Assembly: GCA_041653035.1 (NCBI GenBank)
Contig: JBAZGE010000001.1
Location: 19,540-83,539 of the forward strand
Direction: 5' to 3'
Source of the DNA: Candidatus Omnitrophota bacterium
GTDB lineage: Bacteria; Omnitrophota; Gorgyraeia; Gygaellales; Profunditerraquicolaceae
Length of the DNA: 64,000 nucleotides
The notes under the pieces were generated by a model. That model did not search any database, was not told where the DNA came from, and saw nothing but the letters and a program-made list of their open reading frames with translations. The first letter of the stretch is position 1; every line of letters starts with the position of its first letter. Position numbers and translations under genes: made by a program. This document shows positions 18,527-26,662 of the stretch, in pieces.

Positions 18527-19525
18527 TTAGTTTAGGTTATACCGCTTGATTGCGCAGTTCAGTATCTTACCGATGATATCATCGTAGGTGATCCCCATAG
18601 CCTTGGCCACCACCATGAACACATCTTCCGACGACAAAGAAGGCAGAGGATTTATCTCCAGCACATACGGATTCCCCTGCTCATCCACCCTGAAATCGAT
18701 CCTGCCTAAGTCCTTACATTCAACAGACTCAAAGGTTTTAAGCGCCAACCTGTTGATCTTGTTTTTAAGGCCGTCGTTTATCCGCGCCGGGCACACATAT
18801 TGCAGTTTTTCCGAAGTAATGTGGCCGAAGGTATAAAACCTATCCTGCAGCTTCAGCCTGCCTTCGATCTCGATCTGGACAATCGGCATAATCTCGGGAG
18901 GCTCGTTACCGATAATCGCAACGGTAAATTCTTCCCCACGGATAAACTCCTCAACCAATGCCGGCTGTTTATAGGTGCGGATCACGTATTCCACTTGTTT
19001 TTTCAATTCCTCGGGGGTTCCCACACGGGATGATTCACTTAATCCTTTGGAAGAGCCCTCAAAACGCGGTTTTACGAAAAGCGGATATTGCAAATGGTCG
19101 GTTGATAACACGGAATTACCGTCGGGATCCGCCTTCACCTCAAAAAACCGCGGGGTGGGAATTTTATCGGCGATAAAAATCTTTTTTGCCATTACTTTAT
19201 CAAGCGTCATCCCCAGCGTCAACGCGTCCGCTCCCACAAAAGGGATACCGGCCATTTCCAGTAAAATAGGCACCTGAGATTCCCTGTTCCTGCCGCACAA
19301 CCCCTCCGAAATATTAAGCACGATATCCACATCCAGCCTGCCGATGCTGTCCAACAAAGACGAAACATTGCCGATTTTCTTCGTCTTAAACCCATTAGAT
19401 TCTATCGCGGCGGAAATACGGTCAATGGTCGAGGGATGATCAAACTCAGCGTTCGCGTCTGCCGGATCGCCTTTCTTAAATTCGTAATCTGTTTTTAAAT
19501 CGTAGGTTATGCCGACCGTTTTCAC
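18527..19525 (-). CDS. ATP-grasp ligase of the D-alanine--D-alanine ligase family (paralog B)
   Basis: Ddl-like motifs (PLFVKPRFEGSSKGLS, EEFIRGEEFTVAII, RIDFRVDEQGNPYVLEINPLPSL). The track ORF extends to 19588 (GTG). The more likely start is the GTG near 19525 (MKTVGITYDL) preceded by an AGAGGA SD. Ends 1 nt before paralog A. Confidence 0.65.
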   Translation of the reverse strand: MKTVGITYDLKTDYEFKKGDPADANAEFDHPSTIDRISAAIESNGFKTKKIGNVSSLLDSIGRLDVDIVLNISEGLCGRNRESQVPILLEMAGIPFVGADALTLGMTLDKVMAKKIFIADKIPTPRFFEVKADPDGNSVLSTDHLQYPLFVKPRFEGSSKGLSESSRVGTPEELKKQVEYVIRTYKQPALVEEFIRGEEFTVAIIGNEPPEIMPIVQIEIEGRLKLQDRFYTFGHITSEKLQYVCPARINDGLKNKINRLALKTFESVECKDLGRIDFRVDEQGNPYVLEINPLPSLSSEDVFMVVAKAMGITYDDIIGKILNCAIKRYNLN

Positions 19526-19598
19526 TGTTCCTCTTTGATTCCTTCGGTTTTGCTGCCTCTTATCCCGATGATTTGTTTCACAAATCACGGGATAAATT

Positions 19599-19650
19599 CG
19601 CGCCTATAAGCTACGGAAGTCCCCGTGGGGGACTTCCGTAGCTTATGCGC
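19599..19650 (-). promoter_or_regulatory. Very stable perfect hairpin (20-bp stem, 3-nt loop) in the 5' leader of the ATP-grasp/kamA operon
   Basis: TATAAGCTACGGAAGTCCCC-GTG-GGGGACTTCCGTAGCTTAT, extendable with GCGC flanks. About 60 nt upstream of the proposed start codon. No U-run follows, so not a classic terminator. Confidence 0.4.
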
Positions 19651-19656
19651 TCATTT

Positions 19657-19687
19657 AATAAAAAAGGCTCTTCCCATATTAAGAGCC
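19657..19687 (-). terminator. Intrinsic terminator inside the leader (candidate attenuator) or terminator of the upstream UPF0280 gene
   Basis: Minus-transcript GGCUCUU-AAUAUGGG-AAGAGCC followed by UUUUUUAUU. Lies downstream of a sigma70-like promoter and upstream of the hairpin and operon. Confidence 0.45.
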
Positions 19688-19764
19688 TCAGTCTATGCAC
19701 CCGTTTTTTTTCACGTTTTTTAACCACCCTCCTGTAGTTTTCTCCTACATCTTGTATTGACGGT

Positions 19765-19796
19765 ATAAATTTATCACAACCTGTTGTCATTGTCAA
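19765..19796 (-). promoter_or_regulatory. Sigma70-like promoter (TTGACA-N17-TAAATT) for the ATP-grasp/kamA operon
   Basis: Minus-orientation TTGACAatgacaacaggttgtgaTAAATT. The only good -35/-10 pair in the 250-nt intergenic region. Confidence 0.4.
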
Positions 19797-19838
19797 GATT
19801 TATTTATCGACGGAGAAGCCGGTTTTTTAAAAAATATT

Positions 19839-20645
19839 TTATGCGATCTCAAAACAACTGCCCCATCCGGCCATATGATTCCCCAGCACAACGATCACAC
19901 CGCGTATTCCTTTGATCGAACGCGCAAAATCAATCGCCCCGGCGCAGTCTCCCTTCGCGTTTACCCGGTTTGCGGCGGCAGTGGCGACGGCATCGGCTAA
20001 CGCCGCATTCCCCGCCGCGACCACCACGCTATCCGCGATACCGAAGCTCAACGAATGGCCGACGGTCCCCGAAGAAGCGCAAATCCCCAGTGGAGTACCC
20101 CGGGGTTTTATTTTCAGGCGCAGGGAGTTTAAAACGCTGTTTTTACCGTGATAAAAACCAACCCGTATATCGCGGGTGATACGCATAAAAATATCGCCCC
20201 CGTTCTCCACAATAACATCGGTATACCCTTTGCGCAGAATATCCCTGCCCACAAACTGCGCGATCGCTCCGGCAACCGCCGCCATCGGGCCCACATTGGC
20301 GGCAAAAGCCTGCCGGGCCATTTCCCTGACGATCGGCTCGGCCCGTAATTCAACCGCAATTGGTTTCAACGACGTGAGAAACCGTTTATCTTTATAATTA
20401 ATGTAATCTTCGATCGCCCCGCGGTAAAGGCCGATCCTGCGCAGCACAAAAGCACGATCCAAAGGCTTATTGGTAAGAATCTGCACGTCGGTTTCTTTAA
20501 CCACGATCTCTTCTGTATACAAACCTTTCGGATATACCCAATCCCGGTAAAAACGGCGCTGAAAACGGGCATTTTTCATATGTACCTTCGTGAGAAACGG
20601 CCGCGGCCGTTCCCTCTTCTCCCCGGTTACGCATGAATTCCGCAA
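19839..20645 (-). CDS. UPF0280/ApbE-like family protein
   Basis: 268 aa. GPMAAVAGAIAQ and IVENGGDIF motifs reminiscent of the ApbE-like UPF0280 family. The start is probably the internal Met (MKNARFQ). Confidence 0.45.
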   Translation of the reverse strand: MRNSCVTGEKRERPRPFLTKVHMKNARFQRRFYRDWVYPKGLYTEEIVVKETDVQILTNKPLDRAFVLRRIGLYRGAIEDYINYKDKRFLTSLKPIAVELRAEPIVREMARQAFAANVGPMAAVAGAIAQFVGRDILRKGYTDVIVENGGDIFMRITRDIRVGFYHGKNSVLNSLRLKIKPRGTPLGICASSGTVGHSLSFGIADSVVVAAGNAALADAVATAAANRVNAKGDCAGAIDFARSIKGIRGVIVVLGNHMAGWGSCFEIA

Positions 20646-21256
20646 GAAGAGAGATCGATTTTTAATTGTTCGACGCCCCGGTAAACGAATCCTTTTATCC
20701 CGAGGGACAGCGCCCCTTCGATAAGTTCCGGACGGTCGTCGGTATAAAAAACAGTCTGCGCGGGCATTGCCAGCACCTCCAGCGCTTTCCTGTAAATCCG
20801 CGGATCGGGTTTGATGACGCCCGTTTCGAAAGAAGTGACAACGGCGTGAAAAACGTCAAAGACGGGAAAATGCTCTTTCAGGTAGTTGTAATGCAGGACA
20901 TTAATATTGGACAGGAGGAGAACTTTGTATCGTTTCCGCAACCCCTTAACCAGGCCATACAAAGCTTTATTCTCATCGCTGAGAAAAAAAATCCCGTTCC
21001 ATACGGGGAGAAAATCATCATATTCCATGCACAGGCCAAGCGCCTCTTTTATTTTCAAAAAGAATTCTTCGGGAGACAGTTTTCCTGCTTCAAACAACTG
21101 GGTCAGCCCCGAAGAAAAAAAAAGGTCATATACTTCCTGCGGCGTCTTATGCATGACTCCGGAAAGTTTCCGGGCGGCGATCCCATGATCAAAGTCAACA
21201 AGCACCCGGCCTAGATCAAAAATGATACCTTGAATCGATGCGTTCGATTGCGGCAT
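20627..21256 (-). CDS. HAD-superfamily hydrolase
   Basis: 209 aa. N-terminal IIFDLGRVLVDF (HAD motif I-like), later LLLSNIN and a C-terminal FYTDD motif. Confidence 0.7.
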   Translation of the reverse strand: MPQSNASIQGIIFDLGRVLVDFDHGIAARKLSGVMHKTPQEVYDLFFSSGLTQLFEAGKLSPEEFFLKIKEALGLCMEYDDFLPVWNGIFFLSDENKALYGLVKGLRKRYKVLLLSNINVLHYNYLKEHFPVFDVFHAVVTSFETGVIKPDPRIYRKALEVLAMPAQTVFYTDDRPELIEGALSLGIKGFVYRGVEQLKIDLSSCGIHA

Positions 21257-21281
21257 ATATAATTAACTGGTCGCTTCCGGT

Positions 21282-22283
21282 TTAATTATTCCTGTCCCGT
21301 TTATCCTTAAATAAATCCAGGAACCGGTCTTCATATTCCTTATACACATTCCACTTATCCAGCTCGGCCTTCAATTCCTGCGCCTTAGTGAGATCCTGCT
21401 TGACCTGCGAGAAAAGTTTCTCGATCCTCTCTTTGATTGAAAGCGGGAGTTTGGTAAGCTGGCTGAGCGACTTTTTTATTTTCTCTATTTCGTCTTCTCC
21501 GATCGGCCCCGGGGCAGGGCCCACCTTCAGATAATCGAGCAGACTGTTAATCTGATTCTCCATGACCTGCGCCTGTTCGGTAAGTTCGGAAAGGTCGACC
21601 TTCTTATTCAGGATCTTGCACAGTACCTCCAATACAGCCTGCGAGGCGCGGGGATTTTCAACCTGGATGGTATAGAGCGGGATCTCCCCCAGCAGGCACA
21701 GGCCGGGAAACCCCTCCCGTTTGGCGATACCCAGAAAAAGCCCGTTCATCCCGCTTATCTGCCCCTCGGATAACATACGCAGATCGTATTTTTTCATCTC
21801 GTTGTTGATCGCCGCCGCCGTAGCCGTATACCACACCCCGGGCGGCTGGGTATGCTCGATCGGCTGGGGCATGGCCGCGAAGCCGAAAATCGTTTTTACC
21901 TTGTAATGCCTGGCTACCGAAAGGATCCTCCGGGAATACTCCTCCGCGAGCGCCAGGTCCGGCTGGGCGTCGCTTACGAAAAATATCAGATCGTTCTTCC
22001 CCTCCTTATTTTTATAAAAATAAAACCTGCTGAACGGCGGCTCCGGGAGATTAAGGACACCCCCCCGCACCGTGCTTTCGGTCAGGTAAAAAAAATCCAT
22101 CGACGGGATCTCGGCGAATTCTTCCGCCTTCAGTTTATGCACCAGATATGTCGCCGCCTTAAAAGCCACCTCTCCCATGCCGGGCCAGGCGACTATCAAA
22201 TACGGATTTTTCAATTTCGGCCTTCTGCAGAATTTTATTCCTTCCATAACACTCTCCGGGTTAAACCCGAACTTCTCATGCAC
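21282..22283 (-). CDS. PAC2-family protein (proteasome-assembly-chaperone-2-like)
   Basis: 333 aa. N-terminal LIVAWPGMGEVA... and central GFAAMPQPIEH pattern resemble PAC2/COG2047 proteins. Coiled-coil C-terminus. Assignment by recall only. Confidence 0.5.
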   Translation of the reverse strand: MHEKFGFNPESVMEGIKFCRRPKLKNPYLIVAWPGMGEVAFKAATYLVHKLKAEEFAEIPSMDFFYLTESTVRGGVLNLPEPPFSRFYFYKNKEGKNDLIFFVSDAQPDLALAEEYSRRILSVARHYKVKTIFGFAAMPQPIEHTQPPGVWYTATAAAINNEMKKYDLRMLSEGQISGMNGLFLGIAKREGFPGLCLLGEIPLYTIQVENPRASQAVLEVLCKILNKKVDLSELTEQAQVMENQINSLLDYLKVGPAPGPIGEDEIEKIKKSLSQLTKLPLSIKERIEKLFSQVKQDLTKAQELKAELDKWNVYKEYEDRFLDLFKDKRDRNN

Positions 22284-22291
22284 AATCCGGG

Positions 22292-23434
22292 TTAAAATTT
22301 GTAAATTTTCAGGAATTCTTCCAGCATGCGAGCGCCCTTGTACAAATTATCGACCTTTGCATACTCATCCACGGTGTGCGCACAGCCGCCGCATCCAAAG
22401 CCGGTGGCTACCGCGGGTATATTTTTATGTTGAAAAAAAGTTATTACCGTTGCCCCTTCCGACCCCTTGATCCGGGCCCGGACACCGGTGGCGCGTGCCG
22501 CCTGTTTTAAAAACACCACCAGCGGATGTTCTTCGCCGATATAATACGGATTTTGAATACCTTCGATTTCAACGGTAAACTTCCGGGCATGTTTCTTCGT
22601 TATCGCCCGCAGGTCTTTCAGTATCCTCTGTGCGTTCATCCCGGGAAGATACCGAAAATCCAATTCGCACTCACACCAGTCCGCAACCACATTTACCTTA
22701 TCTCCTCCGCGCATAGTCCCGATATTCACCGTGGCCGGCCGCAGATAAGCACTGCCCTGCTTTTGAACGCCCGGTTCGTACCTGAATCTATACGCCTTTA
22801 TCTCTCCGAGAATCCGTACAGCCGCGTCTATGGCGTTTCGCCCGAGCCAGGGATATGCGCCGTGCGCCCGTTTCCCTGCAATGATGAGCTTCAAATGCAT
22901 AAGCCCCTTTTGGGCCACAATCACCTCGAAATCATCCGCGTCCAGCACCAGGGCCGCGTCAGGCTTCAGGATACCCTTATCAAGAAGCGGGATCAAGCCC
23001 AGTCCGGAACCACTCTCTTCATCAGCGGTAGCGGCGAACAATAGATTATAGTCTAATTGAATTCTATCTTCAACTAAACTTTTTATAACCTCCATAAGAC
23101 ACGCCAGATTCCCCTTACAATCGGTTGTCCCCAGGCCGTACATCTTCCCGCCGGAAACGATCCCCCGAAACGGGGGAAATTTCCAATTCTTGCCAGCCGG
23201 GACCGTATCCAGGTGAGGAGTCGCCAGCAAGGAACGTTTTTTGTCCCGGCCCTTAAAAACCGCCACAACGTTCGGCCGGCCTTTTTTAAACTCATATATC
23301 TTAGACTTGATCCCCAGCCCCTCTAAATATCCGGTCACAAAACGGGCTATACGGATTTCATCACCCGGGGGATTCTCCGAGTTGATGCCGATCAATTTCC
23401 CGGTTAACGCGATAAGCCTTTTTTGATTGATCAT
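22292..23434 (-). CDS. M20-family metallopeptidase/deacylase (ArgE/DapE-like)
   Basis: HLDTVP, GLGTTDCKG and ATADEESGS metal-binding motifs. Likely start is MINQKRL at 23434 (the track ORF starts at 23479). Confidence 0.75.
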   Translation of the reverse strand: MINQKRLIALTGKLIGINSENPPGDEIRIARFVTGYLEGLGIKSKIYEFKKGRPNVVAVFKGRDKKRSLLATPHLDTVPAGKNWKFPPFRGIVSGGKMYGLGTTDCKGNLACLMEVIKSLVEDRIQLDYNLLFAATADEESGSGLGLIPLLDKGILKPDAALVLDADDFEVIVAQKGLMHLKLIIAGKRAHGAYPWLGRNAIDAAVRILGEIKAYRFRYEPGVQKQGSAYLRPATVNIGTMRGGDKVNVVADWCECELDFRYLPGMNAQRILKDLRAITKKHARKFTVEIEGIQNPYYIGEEHPLVVFLKQAARATGVRARIKGSEGATVITFFQHKNIPAVATGFGCGGCAHTVDEYAKVDNLYKGARMLEEFLKIYKF

Positions 23435-23658
23435 CAGTGAGAACAGGTGGCACAATTGTGGCTTGAACAACCACTGCACCCCGAAGAAGAAGCGGTCAGC
23501 GCGCCGCTTTTATCCCGCGAGGCAAAAGAAAAACCGGACATCAGGCGGTTTAAGTCCGCCTTACCGCACTTCGGACAAATTACTTTTTCTCCGCTGCTGC
23601 GCACCAGGAACTCAAATCGATGGCGGCATTTATTACAATTGTATTCGTAAATCGGCAT
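23434..23658 (-). CDS. FmdB-family zinc-ribbon protein
   Basis: 74 aa. MPIYEYNCNKC...CPKCG CxxC pairs at the N-terminus, Ser/Cys-rich tail. Confidence 0.7.
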   Translation of the reverse strand: MPIYEYNCNKCRHRFEFLVRSSGEKVICPKCGKADLNRLMSGFSFASRDKSGALTASSSGCSGCSSHNCATCSH

Positions 23659-23660
23659 GA

Positions 23661-23756
23661 GTAGTGTGTAAGTGTATAAGTGTAAAGTGTGTAAGTATGG
23701 TGGCCTTCAGCGCCGCCTTACACACTTACAAACTTAAACACTTTACACTGACTTAT
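23661..23756. repeat. Imperfect ~38-nt-arm inverted repeat built from GTGTAA(G)/TTACAC units
   Basis: Left arm GTGTGTAAGTGTATAAGTGTAAAGTGTGTAAG, right arm CTTACACACTTACAAACTTAAACACTTTACAC, loop ~20 nt. Intergenic between FmdB and the M1-Omp85 gene. Confidence 0.5.
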
Positions 23757-23758
23757 CG

Positions 23759-26662
23759 TTAAAACGCTTGAGAGAGCCCGAACCACACATGCGGTTCTTC
23801 TTTCGGTTCGTTGATAGCCTGGGCAACATCCAGACGTACGACGGCTTTCTCAAGAAAACCGAGTATATTAAGATGCAACCGCAGCCCCAGGCCGGCGTCC
23901 TTTTTAAAATCGGCCTCGCGGTATGACGCATACCAGGCCCTTCCCGCGTCAAAAAAACCGACGGCCTGGATCTTATCAAGAGAAAATGATCTGCCCGGCG
24001 CGCGCCAGCGCATATCGGAGCGCAAGGGCAGGCGGTATTCGACGCCCCCCAGCAACATATGAGCTCCGGCAACCGTTTTACGGCTGTATCCCCGCAGGCC
24101 ATCCGGCCCGCCCATCTGGAAAAGGTCTTTATCCGACCCCTCGCCCCAGCCGAATTTAACACGGGCGGCTATAACATGCTGGAGCCGGGGAACGAGAAGA
24201 TGATACCTGTCTAATTCCAGACTCGTCCGCCAGAATGTTTCGTGCCCGCCTAAAAAATGCCCCGCAAACTCCTGTGTGGGAATAAATTTCCATCCGTACT
24301 GGGGATCGGGATACGGACCGTACCTCCCCAGTGAACCGGTTACCCCGATAATCGCCTCGTCTTTCCTGCGGTAATGCTGAGACTGAATAGATTCCTGCCC
24401 CTGCAGGCCGGCTGATTTCAATTCCTGATTCCGGATAAGATACCCGGTTACATGGTCGTTCAGGTCGAAAAGACCGTAACTTGCGGGCCAGAGTTCTTTA
24501 CGAACATACAATTTACCGCCGGTGAGATCGCGGCCGTCCTTGCTTGATTCATAATCAAAAATCTCAAACCCGGCCGCGGTCTGGGTATTAAAAAGATGCC
24601 CCAGCTCATACCCCAGCCGGGAATCCAGGGCTTTACCGTTAAAATCATAATCCGTGCTTAAGCGCACGACGGCATTATACGGGGCGGCCAGGGATGCCGC
24701 CGCTCCCGCGGAAGAACCGCCCACGTTCGGGCCGGCAATAAGATTATAGGAATCCCGCGAAGAGAAAAGCGGGATCTCATACGGAAAAAAGTAGAACGGG
24801 ACCGGCTTTAGATCGAATTTACGCGGCCAGTGATTATTCGTACGGTCTACATCCAAGACAATAGATCCATCAGGATCCACCTCCACCCGTGTTACTTTTC
24901 TGCCTGGATCCGTTCCGACAATCTTTATCTTCGATATCCCGTCCCAGGAATCTTCCGTGCCGCCGCCATCCGCATACACGATCCTGGTTTTCACCGGCAT
25001 GGTAATGGCTCCGCGATTTTCCAGGACAACCCTGCCGGGTTTTACCGAGGCGACCGCGAAATCAACTTTATTGTCTGTTTTGAGCCACTGCTGAAAAAAA
25101 GAAGCCAGATCCCGGCCGGATTCTTCATTGCATATTCCGATAAACTCGCTCACCCTGATATTTTTGAATCTGAACTCGGCAGTATAGCGCCGCACGATCT
25201 TTTCAAAAACATCCTCTCCGATCTCCGCGCGCAGCATTCCCAGCACAGCGGCGCCTTTGCCGTAGGCCAAAGCGAAAATCGATGACGGTTCCTGAAAACC
25301 GGAAAGATCGCCGACAACCGCGCCATCTAAGCCGTTTTTCGCCATGTATATATACCGCGCGATGGCGGAGTCCCGAAAGGCAAAATTCGGGATGAACCAC
25401 CGCACTGCCCCCGGGAGCGTTAAAACCCCGGCGCGGGGGCCGTATTTATTCTCGAGATATTGCAGCAGCCAGAAAGAATTCATCCCTTCATCAAGGAACA
25501 TCTCCCGGTATTCGTCGGAACCGATAATATTGTAAAACCACTGGTGCCCGGTTTCATGAGAGATCAGGAAATCAAAGTATCGGCTTAAAAACCCCGGCAG
25601 TGTATACGCCCTTGTGTCGATAAAAACCAGGCCCGACGACTGGCAGCCGCCGTATCCCAGGTAGCTGGGAACCAGGTTCAACTGCGGATAGGGATATCCG
25701 CCGAAACGCGCGGCATAGAAACGCATGATATCCCGCGCATTATGAGCGGCATCCCGCGCCGCTGTCTCATCCCCGGGCAGATAATAGGCGTTGATATGCA
25801 CATCCCCGTCTTCCAGCGTATACACCGAAAAATCATCCGAGATCCCCATGCCGAAATCCCGCACCGGCGATCCGGTTTCCATGGAAAATGTCTGGGTTCC
25901 GTCGGTATTTATATCTTTCTGCCGGAGCGTTCCCGAAGACACAACGGTCTGGCCGGCGGGGACTGTCAACATGACTTTATAGTACGCCGCCTCGCTGAAA
26001 AAAGGCTGGTGATAGATATAAAAAGGATAGTTGTGCCAGCCGTCGTCGTCGAACACGCTTAAGATCGGATACCAGCGTGTCAGGCTGACAATATTCTTAT
26101 GCCATCCGAATCTTCCGAAAGAATGCGGGATATCCACGACATAATCCATTTCCATCTCGACGGACTGCCCGGGAGGCACGGGAGCATTCAACCGCACCCT
26201 GAGCAAAGTACGATCCTTGCCGTCATCGGAAAAAACGAGCGCTTTCCCCGAGGAAGAAACAGCGTTAATTTTTAAATCGCCGCTTTGAAACCCTTCCGGG
26301 AAAGGATTGACCTTAAAATATCCGGCATATCGGTATAGAAAACGGATGTCTTCCTTGGAATAATACCGGTGCGGATAGATATGAAAAAACAGTTCTTTTA
26401 ATTCTTTATCGGAGTTATTGGTATACGCCACTTTCTGCCGGGCGGAAATCCGATGTTTCGCGATATCAAGCGTCGCATTGATCTCATATCGAGGCGGCTC
26501 AGCAGCGGATAACAGTTCACCGTACGCCGAAGGGCGGCACCCGCCGTTCCAATACGGCGGGGCGCTGACAGTTGACAGTAAAAAAGCGGAAAATAGTATT
26601 TGTACTATTCTATGAACCGTGAACAATGAACGGTGAACTATCTTAATGGACATGTCTCGCAT
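23759..26662 (-). CDS. M1-family (aminopeptidase N-like) zinc peptidase fused to a C-terminal Omp85/D15-type outer-membrane beta-barrel
   Basis: 967 aa. Signal-like N-terminus. HETGH...(18)...E gluzincin motif (ISHETGHQWFYN...FLDEGMNSFW). C-terminal ~300 aa rich in Gly/aromatic beta-strand patterns ending ...VWFGLSQAF (terminal Phe typical of OM beta-barrels). Confidence 0.65.
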   Translation of the reverse strand: MRDMSIKIVHRSLFTVHRIVQILFSAFLLSTVSAPPYWNGGCRPSAYGELLSAAEPPRYEINATLDIAKHRISARQKVAYTNNSDKELKELFFHIYPHRYYSKEDIRFLYRYAGYFKVNPFPEGFQSGDLKINAVSSSGKALVFSDDGKDRTLLRVRLNAPVPPGQSVEMEMDYVVDIPHSFGRFGWHKNIVSLTRWYPILSVFDDDGWHNYPFYIYHQPFFSEAAYYKVMLTVPAGQTVVSSGTLRQKDINTDGTQTFSMETGSPVRDFGMGISDDFSVYTLEDGDVHINAYYLPGDETAARDAAHNARDIMRFYAARFGGYPYPQLNLVPSYLGYGGCQSSGLVFIDTRAYTLPGFLSRYFDFLISHETGHQWFYNIIGSDEYREMFLDEGMNSFWLLQYLENKYGPRAGVLTLPGAVRWFIPNFAFRDSAIARYIYMAKNGLDGAVVGDLSGFQEPSSIFALAYGKGAAVLGMLRAEIGEDVFEKIVRRYTAEFRFKNIRVSEFIGICNEESGRDLASFFQQWLKTDNKVDFAVASVKPGRVVLENRGAITMPVKTRIVYADGGGTEDSWDGISKIKIVGTDPGRKVTRVEVDPDGSIVLDVDRTNNHWPRKFDLKPVPFYFFPYEIPLFSSRDSYNLIAGPNVGGSSAGAAASLAAPYNAVVRLSTDYDFNGKALDSRLGYELGHLFNTQTAAGFEIFDYESSKDGRDLTGGKLYVRKELWPASYGLFDLNDHVTGYLIRNQELKSAGLQGQESIQSQHYRRKDEAIIGVTGSLGRYGPYPDPQYGWKFIPTQEFAGHFLGGHETFWRTSLELDRYHLLVPRLQHVIAARVKFGWGEGSDKDLFQMGGPDGLRGYSRKTVAGAHMLLGGVEYRLPLRSDMRWRAPGRSFSLDKIQAVGFFDAGRAWYASYREADFKKDAGLGLRLHLNILGFLEKAVVRLDVAQAINEPKEEPHVWFGLSQAF

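Noticed and set aside
17518-19588. Interpreting both Ddl-like genes as ordinary peptidoglycan D-Ala-D-Ala ligases
   Set aside because: I did not adopt this as the primary call. There are two adjacent paralogs, with no mur/ftsQ neighbours, and they are tightly coupled to kamA. It cannot be excluded without residue-level comparison, so it is listed as the refuting scenario in the finding.
19611-19796. 61-aa minus-strand ORF in the kamA-operon leader
   Set aside because: It begins at the TTG of the predicted -35 hexamer and runs through the leader terminator and hairpin. It is more likely non-coding regulatory RNA. A much shorter leader peptide remains possible but unproven.
23661-23756. Possible CRISPR array, suggested by the repeated GTGTAA units
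   Set aside because: The units are 6-7 nt, contiguous, and arranged as an inverted repeat without spacers. There are no cas genes in the window. This is not a CRISPR.
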